This document shows positions 23,527-37,980 of a stretch of 64,000 nucleotides of DNA, piece by piece. The DNA lies in assembly GCA_950097015.1 (NCBI GenBank), contig CATNEN010000038.1, forward strand, positions 13,640,001 to 13,704,000, read 5' to 3'. The first letter of the stretch is position 1, and every line of letters begins with the position of its first letter. A model generated the notes under the pieces. That model had not been told where the DNA came from. It made no database searches and was given only the letters and a program-made list of their open reading frames with translations. The DNA comes from Macrostomum hystrix (lineage: Eukaryota; Animalia; Platyhelminthes). A program made the position numbers and the translations under genes.

Positions 23527-26500
23527 TCAATAAAGCACCCGACAGGTGGGCAGGTGTGTGTTAAGGAATTTCCTAATTGTCATGTTTGCCGACGGGCAAT
23601 TCGTGACCTCCAGTGCGCGCAGCTGTCGCATGCGGATTAGGTGGCAGAAGCCGTCGCCAGTGATCCGATTGTTTCCTGGAAATTGGAGCGTTATAACTTT
23701 GACGCGAAGAATTCTGAGTTCGAAGCTGTCTACTACAAGTAGCAAGCGCGATGGATCAAATTACACACCAAGCTGTGAAGCTCGGAGAGCGAGTGGGTGC
23801 GAGGGAGAGAGAGAGAGGTTGAGAGGGAGATTGAGAGGGCGAGAGGGAGACAGATGGTGAGAGAGAGACAGAGAGGGTGAGAGGAAGACGGATAGGGGGA
23901 GAGGGAGACAGAGAGGGTGAGAGGGAGACTGAGAGGCTGAGAGGAAGACGGAGAGGGTGAGAGGGAGACAGAGAGGGTGAGAGGAAGACACAGAGGGTGA
24001 GAGGAAGACAGAGAGGGTGAGAGGGGGACAGAGAGGGTGAGAGGAAGACAGAGAGGGTGAGAGGGGGACAGACAAGGTGAGAGGAAGACAGAGAGGGTGA
24101 GAGGAAGACAGAGAGGGTGAGAGGAAGACAGAGAGGGTGAGAGGGGGACAGACAAGGTGAGAGGAAGACAGAGAGGGTGAGAGGAAGACAGAGAGGGTGA
24201 GAGGGGGACAGACAAGGTGAGAGGAAGACGGAGAGGGTGAAAGCAAGACTCACATCATCTTCGGATCCCATCTCTCACGGAGAGGGTGAGAGGGAGACAG
24301 AGAGGGTGAGAGGAAGACAGAGAGAGTGAGAGGAAGACAGAGAGGGTGAGAGGAAGACAGAGAGGGTGAGAGGGGGACAGACAAGGTGAGAGGAAGACGG
24401 AGAGGGTGATAGGGAGACAGAGAGGGTGAGAGGGAGACTGAGAGGGTGAGAGGAAGACAGATAGGGTGAGAGGGAGACTGAGAGGGTGAGAGGAAGACGG
24501 AGAGGGTGATAGGGAGACAGAGAGGGTGAGAGGGAGACTGAGAGGGTGAGAGGAAGACGGAGAGGGTGAGTGGAAGACGGAGAGTGTGAGAGGGAGACTG
24601 AGAGGGTGAGAGGAAGACGGAGAGGGTGAGAGGAAGACGGAGAGGGTGAGAGGAAGACGGAGAGGGTGAGAGGAAGATGGATAGGGTGAGAGGGAGACAG
24701 AGAGGGTGAGAGGGAGACAGAGAGGGTGAGAGGAAGATGGATAGGGTGAGAGGGAGACAGAGAGGGTGAGAGGGTGACAGAGAGGGTTAGAGGAAGTCGG
24801 AGTCTGGTGGCAGAGACGGAGTCACTCAACGCAAAGTGAGGGCGGGAAGCTAAAGCAGAACTCTTTGTTTGCTTTTAATAACTAATAGTTAATAGAGATG
24901 TTAATAGGTGTTAATAGAGATGTGCTCGGCCGTCTCTAGGCCTGGTACCTCCAGTATCTGGGCACTCACCGGCCACTGACAGGAAGCTCAGCGTGCGTAT
25001 ATTCAGAATGTGCCGAATGGAGGCATCGCTGAGGCTGGAGCACCAGCGCAGGCAGAGGCTTCGAAGCTTAGGCATGGTGGACAGGTAGCCCACGCCGATG
25101 TCCGAGATGCTGCAGCACCTGCGGGGATGTCAGTCCGTTTCGGGTGCTGGCTGATGGACTCCTGTGTGCTCCAATCTCCCTTCTCTCCCATTTCCCTTCT
25201 CTACCCATCCCATCTCCCTTCTCTACCAATCCCATCTCCCTTCTCTCCCCGTCTCCCTTCTCTCCCCATCCGCCTTCTCTCCCCATCCTATTTTCCCTCA
25301 GACTTAATCTATAATATTTTGATTTCCATATCACAGTCTCAACTGTCTGCTCTATATTGTAAAATGCAATATTAGTTCGCTGCTGCTTGAAGTGTCTGCA
25401 AGAAATAGGCTTTAAAACACTGAGCGCAACCTCACTATTGCGTGCTGGTTGCTGAGGGCATATTTGATAGGAGAAGCGACGAGAGCAGATTAAAAAGAGG
25501 AAGTTTGGCGCTAACTCAGCGACATCAATTCGCGTGTTGGGGAGCTGGTGGAGACAGGAGAGTCAGGCAGTTGATTGAAGGAGGCGGCGAGCATAAAAGA
25601 GGGGCATAGAGACGAGATTTCCGTCCGAAATCTGTAGCTCGAATCGATATCCGTTAGGCCCCTAGTCCATTTGGCAGATTCTTCTCGATGCGAAGAGCAT
25701 GGAGACAGAATTCGTGAAAACAAGTTTAGAGACAAGTTCATAGTCAGGACTGCAATATATGTTTTACTTAATGTCCCTACTACTCATCTGTCAGTAATTC
25801 TACCTGTCACAGTCTGTCTGTCACTCATCCTGTGCCTGTCACTCATCCTACCTGTCACACATCTTACCTGTCACTCATCCTACCTGTCACTCCTCTTTCC
25901 CGTCACTCATCCTGCCTGTCACTCATCTTACCTGTCACTCATCCTACCTGTCACTCCTCTTTCCCGTCACTCATCCTGCCTGTCACTCATCTTACCTGTC
26001 ACTCATCCTGTGCCTGTCACTCATCCTACCTGTCACACATCTTACCTGTTACTCATCCAACCTGTCACTCATCCTGCCTGTCATGCAATCTGCCACTCTC
26101 CCTGTCTGTTACTCAACCAGTCTGCCACAGTATCTGTGAGCTTTGCCTGAGTCGAAATTGTTCCCTCCGTATGACAGCCGTATGCTCAGATATTTCCAAA
26201 GCCATTCGCCATAGAGAGCCATTTAGTCTATGCAAACAAGCAAATACTGTTATCACGGAAATGAAACTGAAGCAGCGCTAAATCATTAGAGTAAGAGATC
26301 CTTATACACCGGGCATTAAATCAGTACTTCGGGTTCTAGTACTTGCAGCTTCGCACTTTTCAGATTCTCCAATAAACTGGGAAATATTTACGGACGTCCA
26401 TCTTTATTCAATTTTGCTTTTCGACTCCAATAGCACTCTACGACCTCCACGTAATCCGAAACCATGGACACTCAATAACCTCGGATTATCCATAACCTCG

Positions 26501-28801
26501 GACAATCCATAACCTCAGACAATCCATAACCTCAGACAATTCATAACTTCTGATAATCCATAACCTCGGACAATCCATAACCTCGGATAATCCATAACCT
26601 CGGACAATCCATAACCTCGGACAATCCATAACCTCGGACAATCCATAACCTCGGATAATCCATAACCTCGGACAATCCATAACCTCGGACAATCCATAAC
26701 CTCGGATAATCCATAACCTCAGACACTCCATAACCTCGGACACTCCATAACCTCGGACACTCCATAACCTCGGACACTCCATAACCTCGGACACTCCATA
26801 ACCTCGGACACTCCATTACATCTGACACGCAACGGAATCTACGACACCTGTCGGCCAGAGACTGGCAGCTCGGACACCCACCTATCCAGCTGCAGGACCT
26901 CCAGCTGGCAGAGATCGCACGCGATGCACTCCAAGGACACGTCCGTGATGCGTCCGCACCAGCTCAGGTCCAGCTCCATGAGGTTCTTCATCCGTTCTCC
27001 AATCGCGTCGACAGCATCGTCCGTTATCTTAGAACAGCCGCTGAGAGACAAGCGCTGCAGGCAGGTGAGATTGGCGGCCAAAATGGTGACGCCCTGACTC
27101 GTCACCTCCCAGCAGCTGTTTAGTGAGAGGCTTCGCAGACTGTCGGATGTCGGCAGGTCAAATAGCGGCACGAGGCACGCGTCGGTCACGTGATAGGCCT
27201 GTATTGAAACAAACGATTCAGACTTTAAAAGACTGATTAAAAAGGCTATCGCAGAGCTGAAATCGCATCTCTCACCTGCAATTCGAGGCAGGTAAGCCTC
27301 GGAATTGCCTGAACTGCGGCGGCCACGCTCAGATCCGTGACGGACACGCAGTCGGCCACGTGCAGGCTGGTCAAGCGGGCCGGCAGGCTGCTCCAGAAGC
27401 CCAGCTCGGACACGTCGTTGCAGGCGATGAGGCGGAGCGAAGTTAATCGCGGCAAGGAACCTATGAGAGCTGCCAGGCTCTGGTCTGTGATGGTTGAGCT
27501 CAGGACTGTCAGTTCAACTAGGTTAGCCTGAAGTCGCATGCCCAGCCGAGCCAGCAGCTCGTCCAAATGCTCGTTAGCGAGGCCTTCAAAAGTTGATATC
27601 CGTTCCAGAGTGCTGAGATAAAAAATCCCATTTAACGGAACAACGATGAGTCATACTCTCTTCAGTTTCGGATTGAGTTTCTAGTTTTTACTTTTACATT
27701 TTCAGTTTCAGTACAAATAGTTTTTACTTGCTAACTGTCTGTGGTTGTCAAATCTAAATCTTGTGAATATCTAATTCCGCGTGTGGACGGATGACTCAAT
27801 CAGCGTATGTCTAAGCCTAAATTTTCCTATCCCCTAGAGTGAACATTAAGCCCCAATCATCAAAGTCAAACTCCTATTTCTATTTCCCAGAGTGTACGTT
27901 GATGACATCGTCTAAGCTAACTTTATTTTCCTACCCCCGGAGTGTACTTCGATGACTCATCTAAGAAAACTTTAGTTTCCTATTTCACTGCGTGTAAACT
28001 CATGGCTCTTCGTTAATTTGCAGCCTTTTTTGAACACGAAAGCTCAAACCTTCTCTGTAACCATTTTATATTTTCGTGTTCAGACTCGGCACCTAAATTT
28101 ATTTAATCCGCCAGCAGCTATTCTCACCATCCAGCATTACTGACTCAATGCCTCGCTCTCGAACGCTTTCCGCCAGCAGGTCAAGAAGCTGCCATGAGGT
28201 CGCCATCTGCCGCATCGGTACTGCGATCCGCACCTGCCTCCACAGCGGCTCCATGGCGTAGAGTGCGTCGCGCCAGACTCTGCTAACCCGACAGAAACGG
28301 CTGGCCTCGTACAGGGTCACGTGACGAGCCAGCTGGCGCGCGAACCACGGCGACACGGCGATTTCGGCGATGGTTGGCGCTTCAGACAGTGGCAGCCAGC
28401 GACTGGCCACATAGTCTCGATAGCGACTGCTTCCATCTTTGCACTGGGGCTGATGAACGTGGTGCTGGTGCTGCTGCTGGCTGAAAGTGCTGCTCTCACC
28501 AGGTTGTAAGCGAAGCAAACGTTGCCGGATAGCTGCCATTGGGCCGCCGCTGCTAGAAACAAAAGTAAAAAATGCAATAGGAGATGTGTCTAGGAGAAGC
28601 ACTGACAAAAGAGAATTTATAACTGCGCTTTCCTTCTTACCTTGGAACTGAGTTGCTGTTTGAAGTTGAGGACTTTGACTGCCTATTAGAGGAGCTGCTG
28701 CTGCTGTTGCTGCTGCTGTTGCTATTTCCAAGTCTCAGGCTGCTTCGCAGGCTATGTGAAATGTCAGCGCAGGCCTTTGCCAAAGAGCCCATGTCCATCA
28801 T
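23527..28801 (-). CDS. FBXL16: F-box/LRR-repeat protein 16 orthologue; complement join(28641..28801,28128..28552,28050..28092,27276..27612,26882..27198,24970..25118,23527..23675), ~526 aa
   Basis: F-box-like FCRVSRVWRDALY...LW; LRRs LELQAYHVTD, LSLSGCSKITDDAV, LDLSWCGRITDVSLECIACDL, GYLSTMPKLRSLCLRWC and LEVTNCP, characteristic of FBXL16 as recalled. Splicing keeps frame (1581 nt) only with a 43-nt exon and a 35-nt intron. Confidence 0.88.
23800..24800. repeat. 20-bp purine-rich minisatellite (gagagggtgagaggaagaca) in FBXL16 last intron
   Basis: Two blocks separated by ~35 bp of unique sequence at 24241-24277. Confidence 0.95.
25800..26110. repeat. Degenerate ~16-19-bp repeat (cctgtcactcatcct), intronic
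   Basis: Multiple imperfect tandem copies. Confidence 0.88.
26475..26820. repeat. 17-bp minisatellite (ccataacctcggacaat), intronic
   Basis: About 20 copies. Confidence 0.95.
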
Positions 28802-31800
28802 TGACCGTGGATTGGTCTTGTTGAGAACAGAAAACAATGAACCTGTTTCTGCTACTAGATGACCGAAAATGACTGCCGGTGATTCAGTTTATCACCGGCG
28901 AGCGACCCATCCGGGATTGGTCAATGTTTCGCCAGCGACTCAAATCTAGGCATAGAACTCAAAGGCTCTGAACAATAATGCGATTCTTTTTGATCGTTCT
29001 GCGCGGCCTAGCTCAAGCAATTTGAGTCGATTCGGGCAGCAACACCAACCTCACTGGCTTAGACTGCCTCACGAGCTCGCACCTGCTCTGGGCACACCTG
29101 GGTTTAGGCCCCGCCCCATCCCTGCCCCCCTCCCCAAATCTCCTTATTTCTAGACATTCTCTTTTACGCACTTCTAAGAGAAGCAATATTCGAAATTGCT
29201 GAGAACTTACGCTATGGAAGCCTCAAGGAAGGAGTGATTACTGCTCAGAGTGAGTCCGCGCGTTTTCCCAAGCATTATTAGGCGGTCTGTTGCCGCTCTG
29301 TTGTGCGAAAGACAGACAAGAATTCTATATGCCTGCATTTAGTCCTCTTATTTTGCTTGCCCCCTTCCCATCTCCCGTGGCCTCGCCCTCTGCCACTGTA
29401 ATAGAAGCAGAGAGAGACAGAGGGACCGCAGCGGAGGAAAGAAGATTAGAAGGCACTCGGATGGGATCTAGCCGACTGTGTGGGGAGCGCAGTCGATTCG
29501 GAAGGGCTCGGGGCTTCTGCTCATGTTGAGCTCATGCAGGCGCGAGAGTATGGTCCACCCACGCAAAGTGAGACAAATCATAGTAGATGCACTTCGAAGC
29601 ATCAATTAGGAATGCATGTCTATGGAATGCTGTGAAAATACACTTCGGCATCCATGTATGAAAACCCTGGGTCCACTTTGCGAATCAATTTCAAAACTTC
29701 CTCAACTGCGACCCAAATTAACCTGATTAGCCGGATTCGGACTAGCGAGCGTTTGTGCAAGATCCGGTCGAGTTTTAATCAAGGGAGACTGTATATTTAA
29801 TGGAAATTTGGCGAAATACGGGAAATAATTGAACTATCGGAAATCGGTGCCTGTGAGTCAAAAGGCCTGGTGTCTCTGAGTGAAAATGAGTAGGCGAACG
29901 CCTGAAATCGACAAGATTCCAGGAATCAGCAAACTAGGAAGAAATCGGTGAATCAAGGCAAATCTGTGATTTGCAATCTGAGAACGAAGAAAAAGTGATT
30001 TTAAAAAAGTGAGTTGGTAAAGTATCGAAGTTAGTGAGTTAAAAAGTAACGAAATACCGGAAATAAACTTTTTATATTTTTCTAGGAATCAGTGAGATTA
30101 AAGAAATCGCGGCTTACCGTTGATCGGCGATTTTCCAGGAACCAATTATAAAAAATATCGGAATGTTGGAAATGTGTTTTTTTCTAGGAATCAGCGAATC
30201 AAAGGAAATCCAGCGAACTTACCTGAAATCAGCAAATTTCTAGGAATCGGTGAATCACCAGTTTCTGGCTAATAATAATAAAACGCTGGGGGGCCTCATG
30301 ATGCCGAAAGTTTTGGAGGAACAGGAAAGAACCGACACAGCGATTCGCCAATAGCCTCTGTGTCAGCGGTAAAAGTTTAGCAGCGTTAGCAGTTCGCCCT
30401 AAATTAGTTTGGCGAACGAATGAAAGTCATTGTAAAATAGCTCGTGAAAAAAACACTAAATACTCTAGAAAATCTAGCCAAAGATCTCGCCAGAAAAGTG
30501 TCAGGCTTGATTTTTCAGCTTAAAAGCGGATTTCAGCTTTCAGTTTTTAGCGTATGTTTTTCTAGTCATTCTGGAGACCGCATGTGAATTTTGTCCCTCT
30601 TTGATGCCTTCAGCAATCGGATCCCTCTTTTCGTTCCGTCTGTCCGCACTGATAAACACTGTAATTTCCCAAAATAAGATCCTCCATTCACCGCCCGTGA
30701 TCACAGCGTGCGTTGGAGGGAGGGTAAGTACATGAGGCTAAGCATGTGACGCCCTTGAAGCCGACAGAAGTCCCACAAACACAGCAGCCTGAGCCAACTG
30801 CTTAGCCCAACGTTATCGCTGCTGAAGAGGCTCAACGTACACCTAACTCTTACTGCCTACCTTGTAGCAATAGTCCACATTGACTAACACAGCTACCTGC
30901 TAACATTTTGTAGCCAATTGCCTTGCAATCGCTTGCTCTGGGTAGCACTTACCCCTGTGTTACATTTTTTTAATTATTGCTTCTTATCGCCTGCTGAGCT
31001 TGTTAAATGCTACTTTTATCATCTGACTTCACTGCGCCTATACCTCTGCTTTTGTGGAATCTTCTTTTATTTTGCCATCAATTTTTCCTGACACCTCCTG
31101 ACCTTTCTGACACCTCCCGACTTTTCTGACACCCGACTTTCCTGACACCCCAAATCTCCTGACACCCCAAATTTCCTGACTCCCAACTTTGCTGACGACT
31201 CCTGAATTTCGTGACACCCCAACTTTCCTGGCGCCGAAAATTTCTTGAAAAAAAATTCTGTTTCTATCAATAATTTTGTGAATAATTGAAAATATTTAAG
31301 AGCGATTTGGAAGTTAATCCTCTGTCTCTCACTCACCCCTTCCTACTTTGCTTTCGTTCTCTGTTCCTGTCTTTATCAGTTCTACTCCCGTCAATTATTC
31401 CGTCTGTGACAGTCCCTTAGCTTGTTCCCTTTAAGTCGGGAAAAAATGTTTTTAATTAGCCAAAGGAGCAGCAGGACTTTTAAACAGATTTTTACTGAAT
31501 TAATCTGTAAATTAAACACGACTAGATGGACACTTCTGGGTTGTCATGCGACAGCTAACACTTAGACTCATTGAGCTTACTAGCAGATCATTAAGACTTC
31601 ACATAAAAGGAATGACAACGGCCAATTTTACAGACAGGTCTCTCTTTGATTTGTTGAAACTCTAACATGTTTTTTTCAGCGATAAATCAGCTTTATTTGC
31701 AAGCTTTAGTCAATAAAGGATGGTCTCAAAGGCGAGTAGAATATAGTGTACTGATCTATTACTAATGAACAATGCAATGTTAGTCGGCTATGTAAGAACT

Positions 31801-32021
31801 AAATGAGCGACGTTGTCTTCTTCTTCTGTAACTAAAAATAAAATAGAGAGAACAGGCGAAAGTTGGCAATGCAGAGCGAGCCAAGCAGTTATGATTGGTG
31901 CGCAGCTAGGAAATGTCACTAGCTATAGAAATACAGTGGGTCAACCAGAAAGTCACCAGCATCCACAGAAAAAGGTGGTTATAAATATCAAGCAATCGTT
32001 ACTGATAAGCGTTGAGATAAT

Positions 32022-32570
32022 AGATAATAGACGCTCTAGTGGATGCCTAATAGACGCTCTCGTAGATGTCTAATAGACGCTCTAGTAGATGTCTAATAGA
32101 CGCTCTAGTAGATTTCTAATATACGCTCTCGTAGATGTCTAATAGACGCTCTAGTAGATGTCTAATAGACGCTCTAGTAGATGTCTAATAGACGCTCTAG
32201 TAGATGACAAATAGACGCTCTAGTAGATGACTAATAGACGCTCTAGTAGATGTCTAATAGACGCTCTAGTAGATGACAAATAGACGCTCTAGTAGATGAC
32301 AAATAGACGCTCTAGTAGATGACTAATAGACGCTATAGTAGATGTCTAATAGACGCTCTAGTAGATGACTAATAGACGCTCTAGTATATGTCTAATAGAC
32401 GCTCTAGTATATGTCTAACAGACGCTCTAGTAGATGTCTAATAGACGCTCTAGTAGATGACTAATAGACGCTCTAGTATATGTCTAATAGACGCTCTAGT
32501 AGATGTCTAATAGACGCTCTAGTATATGTCTAACAGACGCTCTAGTAGATGTCTAATAGACGCTCTAGAA
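32022..32570. repeat. 23-bp minisatellite (taatagacgctctagtagatgtc)
   Basis: About 23 copies just 3' of the Ly6-like gene. Confidence 0.96.
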
Positions 32571-32739
32571 TACTCCATGGACACCCTAGTAGATGCACAT
32601 GGATACTCTTTTTGTTGTCCAGTATAAAATTATAGTAGATATATGGCTATTCTTAGAGATGTGCACTAACTGTACCAGCTAAGACCTAATAAATAATCTC
32701 AAATCCCCAGTCCCGGCACAATCAGTAGTAAGTCAGTAG

Positions 32740-33198
32740 CTAGTGCACCAGTCCGCAGACCGTTGCGATAGTCGCAGCTGCCACAATAACAATCGAAGAC
32801 TTGGCGAAGCTGGCCGAGTTGCAATAGTCCTGATTGCAGCGGCAGTAATTCGAGCGGACGCCTTTGGAGCCGACGCGGTCGTAGCAGGCCGGCTCAACGC
32901 TGGTGCCATTGTCTGTGCTGGCCAAGCCACCGCATTGGCGCACTACCACCTTGGTGTCACCGACCTCCTGCCTCTGGGTCCAGCACACCACAGCGTCCGG
33001 CACTAGAATAGATACGGAATCCATTTCATTATTAATTCGTTTACCAGTTGAGCAGTTGGTCTTAAAATTGTCCGGCGGATTCTGCAGACACTTGGCGTCA
33101 GTCAGGCTGTTGCACACGAAGCAGTTCAAACTGGCAGCCGGGCAGGCGACTGCCGCCAGCAGCGACAGGTGCAGAAGAAATGCCATCAGCGATTGCAT
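32740..33198 (-). CDS. Ly6/uPAR three-finger protein, Quiver/Sleepless-like, predicted GPI-anchored (152 aa)
   Basis: Hydrophobic signal peptide; LNCFVCNS...C...C...CW...VRQCG...C...YCRCNQDYCN cysteine pattern; small residues followed by a hydrophobic C-terminal tail. Confidence 0.88.
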   Translation of the reverse strand: MQSLMAFLLHLSLLAAVACPAASLNCFVCNSLTDAKCLQNPPDNFKTNCSTGKRINNEMDSVSILVPDAVVCWTQRQEVGDTKVVVRQCGGLASTDNGTSVEPACYDRVGSKGVRSNYCRCNQDYCNSASFAKSSIVIVAAATIATVCGLVH

Positions 33199-33471
33199 GT
33201 CGATCGGCCTGCTTTCGTGAAAATCGCAACGCGTTCACACAGCGCCATTGAGAATGAGAACAACTTGCCAGCAGAATTCACTCGCTACATTCGCACGTTT
33301 TCAGATATCTCATTCTCCAAATTTTAGACTTTAGATAACCCTTATTCGTGCGAGTTAATCCCCTCAAGAATAAGACAAGAATAGGGCAAGATCTTTGGGC
33401 TTTTTGTCAGCAAACAAAAGTCCCGTCAGCCTGATATTTATAATTACTGATACATCCTGACCATTCCTGCC

Positions 33472-34065
33472 ACATACCTTTCCTGACAGATACCTTTCCT
33501 GCCAGATACCTTTCCTGACAGATACCTTTCATGACAGATACCTTTCCTGACAGATACCTTTCATGACAGATACCTTCCATGACAGATACCTTTCATGACA
33601 GATACCTTCCATGACAGATACCTTTCCTGCCAGATACCTTTCCTGACAGATACCTTTCCTGACAGATACCTTTCATGACAGATACATTTCATGACAGATA
33701 CCTTTCCTAAAAGATACCTTTCCTGACAGATACCTTTCCTGACAGATACCTTTCCTGACAGATACCTTTCATGACAGATACCTTTCCTGACAGATACCTT
33801 TCATGACAGATACCTTCCATGACAGATACCTTTCATGACAGATACCTTCCATGACAGATACCTTTCCTGCCAGATACCTTTCCTGACAGATACCTTTCCT
33901 GACAGATACCTTTCATGACAGATACATTTCATGACAGATACCTTTCCTAAAAGATACCTTTCCTGACAGATACCTTTCCTGACAGATACCTTTCCTGACA
34001 GATACCTTTCCTGACAGATACCTTTCCTCACAGATACCTTTCCTCACAGATACCTTTCCTCACAG
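33472..34065. repeat. 16-bp minisatellite (cagatacctttcMtga) with 240-bp higher-order repeat
   Basis: About 37 copies; the variant pattern at 33541-33720 recurs at 33781-33960. Confidence 0.96.
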
Positions 34066-34949
34066 CTACTTTTCTTGCCATACCTTTAAGGACACGCATG
34101 CCTCTCCTGACATGTTTTTGCTGACAATTCTATTTTTGACATTATTTTTTCAGACACATCTGTTCTGTTTCTATTAGCAAAGCTTGAATTTCCAGTCAAC
34201 CTCCCATCTTTTCCTGCTACTCCTATCGTTTCTGACACCCTACTTTTCATTTCCAAGGATTTGTATTTGAGAGCAGTATTTGAAGACACAATCGAAAGAT
34301 TTTCTTTGCAGTGCTATTGGAGGCTAGAAAAGCAACAGCGATTCACAACTCACCAGTTGGCTTCAGGTAGCGGCAAAATCAGCAAATCTTTGACAAAAAT
34401 TAGCACGAAAATGACAATATCTCTCTGGCGGGCAGGGCAGACCTTAAGTTGCGATCGCTTCTATAGAAAAAAGCTTACAAATTGTTTTATCTGTTTGCCC
34501 GGGTGAATTGTGAGCATCGAGCGAGTAGCGAGTTCATACAGAGTCCTATCAGTCAGCTATTAGGCCTGCTTAGACGGGCCTGTACAAGCTATGTTACCGC
34601 ACTTTTTATCTTATCTCTAAAAAAGCCCCGCAAATACAGAACCGGCATAGCACGCGACTGAGCGGGATGACTGATTCCGCTTCAGTAACATTTACGAATG
34701 CCTCCGGCCTTCCTACCTAGCTTCGTCAGTCATTATCAAAACTGCAGTCATAAAGATACTAGTGCGAGCAGTTTAACCACTGACACTGTGTACACTGAAG
34801 ATTCATTCATTCAGACGACAATTCATTCCTGTGACAAAATTTTCAGCTATCAAATAGTAGTTCAGTCAAGTGTTAGTGCATGTTGGCGCCAATTCAATTT
34901 GCATTCTAGTAATGCAAAAAAAATTGTGACATGTTTTTTTAAAGATTCT

Positions 34950-36800
34950 AGAGCCAGTTTAATGACCAGAGTCAGGTTGATGTGCCTTTTTTGACCAGAG
35001 TGACGTGAGTTTTACAGCCAGTTTGATGTGCCTTGTTTGATCAAAGTGACGAGCATTCTGCAGCCAGTTTAATGTGCCAAATTCGACCAGAGTGACGTGC
35101 ATTCTACAGCCAGTTTGACGTGCCATATTTGACCAGATCGACGTGCATTCTGCAGCCAGTTTGATGTGCATTCTAGAGCGTTTGATGTGCCATTTTAGAC
35201 CAGAGTGACGTGAATTCTGCAGCCAGTTTGATGTGCCATTTTAGACCAGAGTGACGTGAATTCTGCAGCCAGTTTGATGTGCCATTTTAGACCAGAGTGA
35301 CGTGCATTCTGCAGCCAGTTTGATGTGCCATTTTAGACCAGAGTGACGTGCATTCTGCAGCCAGTTTGATGTGCCATTTTAGACCAGAGTGACGTGAATT
35401 CTGCCGCCAGTTTGATGTGCCATTTTAGACCAGAGTGACGTGCATTCTACAGCCAGTTTGATGTGCCATTTTAGACCAGAGTGACGTGAATTCTGCAGCC
35501 AGTTTGATGTGCCATTTTAGAACAGAGTGACGTGCATTCTGCCGCCAGTTTGATGTGCATTCTGCAGCCAGTTTGATGTGCCATTTTAGAGCAGAGTGAC
35601 GTGCATTCTGCCGCCAGTTTGATGTGCCAATTTAGAGCAGAGTGACGTGCATTCTGCAGCCAGTTTGATGTGCCATTTTAGAGCAGAGTGACGTGCATTC
35701 TGCAGCCAGTTTGATGTGCCAATTTAGAGCAGAGTGACGTGCATTCTGCAGCCAGTTTGATGTGCCATTTTAGAGCAGAGTGACGTGAATTCTGCCGCCA
35801 GTTTGATGTGCATTCTACAGCCAGTTTGATGGGCCATTTTAGACCAGAGTGACGTGCATTCTACAGCCAGTTTGATGTGCCATTTTAGACCAGAGTGACG
35901 TGCATTCTGCAGCCAGTTTGATGTGCTATTTTAGACCAGAGTGACGTGCATTCTACAGCCAGTTTGATGTGCCAATTTAGACCAGAGTGACGTGCATTCT
36001 ACAGCCAGTTTGATGTGCCATTTTAGAGCAGAGTGACTTGCATTCTGCAGCCAGTTTGATGTGCTATTTTAGACCAGAGTGACGTGCATTCTACAGCCAG
36101 TTTGATGTGCCAATTTAGACCAGAGTGACGTGCATTCTGCAGCCAGTTTGATGTGCCATTTTAGACCAGAGTGACGTGAATTCTGCCGCCAGTTTGATGT
36201 GCCATTTTAGACCAGAGTGACGTGAATTCTGCCGCCAGTTTGATGTGCCATTTTAGACCAGAGTGACGTGCATTCTACAGCCAGTTTGATGTGCCATTTT
36301 AGAGCAGAGTGACGTGCATTCTGCAGCCAGTTTGATGTGCCAATTTAGAGCAGAGTGACGTGCATTCTGCCGCCAGTTTGATGTGCATTCTACAGCCAGT
36401 TTGATGGGCCATTTTAGACCAGAGTGACGTGCATTCTACAGCCAGTTTGATGTGCCATTTTAGACCAGAGTGACGTGCATTCTGCAGCCAGTTTGATGTG
36501 CTATTTTAGACCAGAGTGACGTGCATTCTACAGCCAGTTTGATGTGCCATTTTAGAGCAGAGTGACGTGCATTCTACAGCCAGTTTGATGTGCCAATTTA
36601 GAGCAGAGTGACGTGAATTCTACAGCCAGTTTGATGTGCCAATTTAGACCAGAGTGACGTGCATTCTACAGCCAGTTTGATGTGCCATTTTAGACCAGAG
36701 TGACGTGCATTCTGCAGCCAGTTTGATGTGCCTTTTTAGAGCAGAGTGACGTGCATTCTGCAGCCAGTTTGATGTGCCAATTTAGACCAGAGTGACGTAC
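34950..36800. repeat. 46-bp satellite (gaccagagtgacgtgcattctgcagccagtttgatgtgccatttta), ~40 copies
   Basis: Regular 46-bp period with occasional half units; degenerate left edge. Confidence 0.97.
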
Positions 36801-37980
36801 ATTGCAAAATTACTTCTGGTAAAAAGTAAGCACAACAAGTTGTAGAGCACATTTATTCTTATGAAAGATGACACTTGAAAGCGAGTACAGCTGTGCTGTG
36901 TATAGTGTCTAGCTAACCGATTTGCACAGGAAAATTGCTTTTTTGTATTTACAATAACTTCATAATTAAACTTAAATATTCCATCTTCGGCTTAAACACA
37001 AGCTTAAAAGTGCTTGAAATATTTTGTCTACATGATTTCCGATGTGGCTAAAAAACAAAAAACAGCAATAAGAGGGATAAGGGAAGAGAGAACAGTAATT
37101 TAAAGTGTACAGGTGTATGCTAAGCAAAAAGTGCGTACAATACGTCAAATGGGCTGTCAAAGTCTTCAGGTGCAGATAAACAAGATAAAAAGTAAGCAAA
37201 AGCTGGCCAAACCGCTAGCGAAGTGCGAAATAATATCAGATCTAAATATTACGCATATGCACACAACACACTGTTTAACTACTGCCTGAGCAGTAGCAGA
37301 GCAAGCATTTTTCTCCTTTCTAAAAATCGTGATAAATGTTGTTAAAAATCATATTGAAAGATTTTTTGAGACGAGAAACAAACAAGAAAAGCAACAGAAG
37401 AATAAAAGATGCTAACACCGCTAATATGGCCACAACTGTAAGGTTCAATGTTAAATGCCGGATAGAGGGTTTGAAAAAATGACAGCGATAGAGCAATTTG
37501 CACAGCTATACTTTGGTTCAAGGAATTTATTCCATGGCTGATGCTTTACAATAAAGGGTGTCTAAAAATCGATTATGAAACGGATTGTTAAGGCAGAATT
37601 GGTGCGGTAAGAAGCGACCGTGTCAACGCCGTGTAGTGCCGTTGCGCAAGTGAGAGAAGCAACCAAAGTGCACAGTGCGGGTCTGTGTACTTTTAATAAA
37701 TTACAAAACTAGTAGACAAAAAAAAGAAGAAAAAACGTAGAAAAATGATAGCACGGAATGTTAATTAAGAAAATCTGAAGAAAAATCTTTGCTGGCATGT
37801 AAATGAAGAGGAAATATGCTTATGCCACAGCCGGATCGCATGTCCTCTAATTTGCGGAAGGACACAACTGTTAATAATGGTGAATTTAACGAGCTATTCT
37901 GTGATAGTCTCACCAGCGATGGAGCTCCCTGATCCGTAAAAAACAGAACAATGCTAATCAGGGAGCACAGTCTTTGTACA

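Noticed and set aside
22049-24829. Long repetitive ORFs (SSHLITR, SHPLCLPLTL; also 47951-48425, 54348-54716, 62246-62720)
   Set aside because: Translations of minisatellites, often open in several frames or on both strands, without start context.
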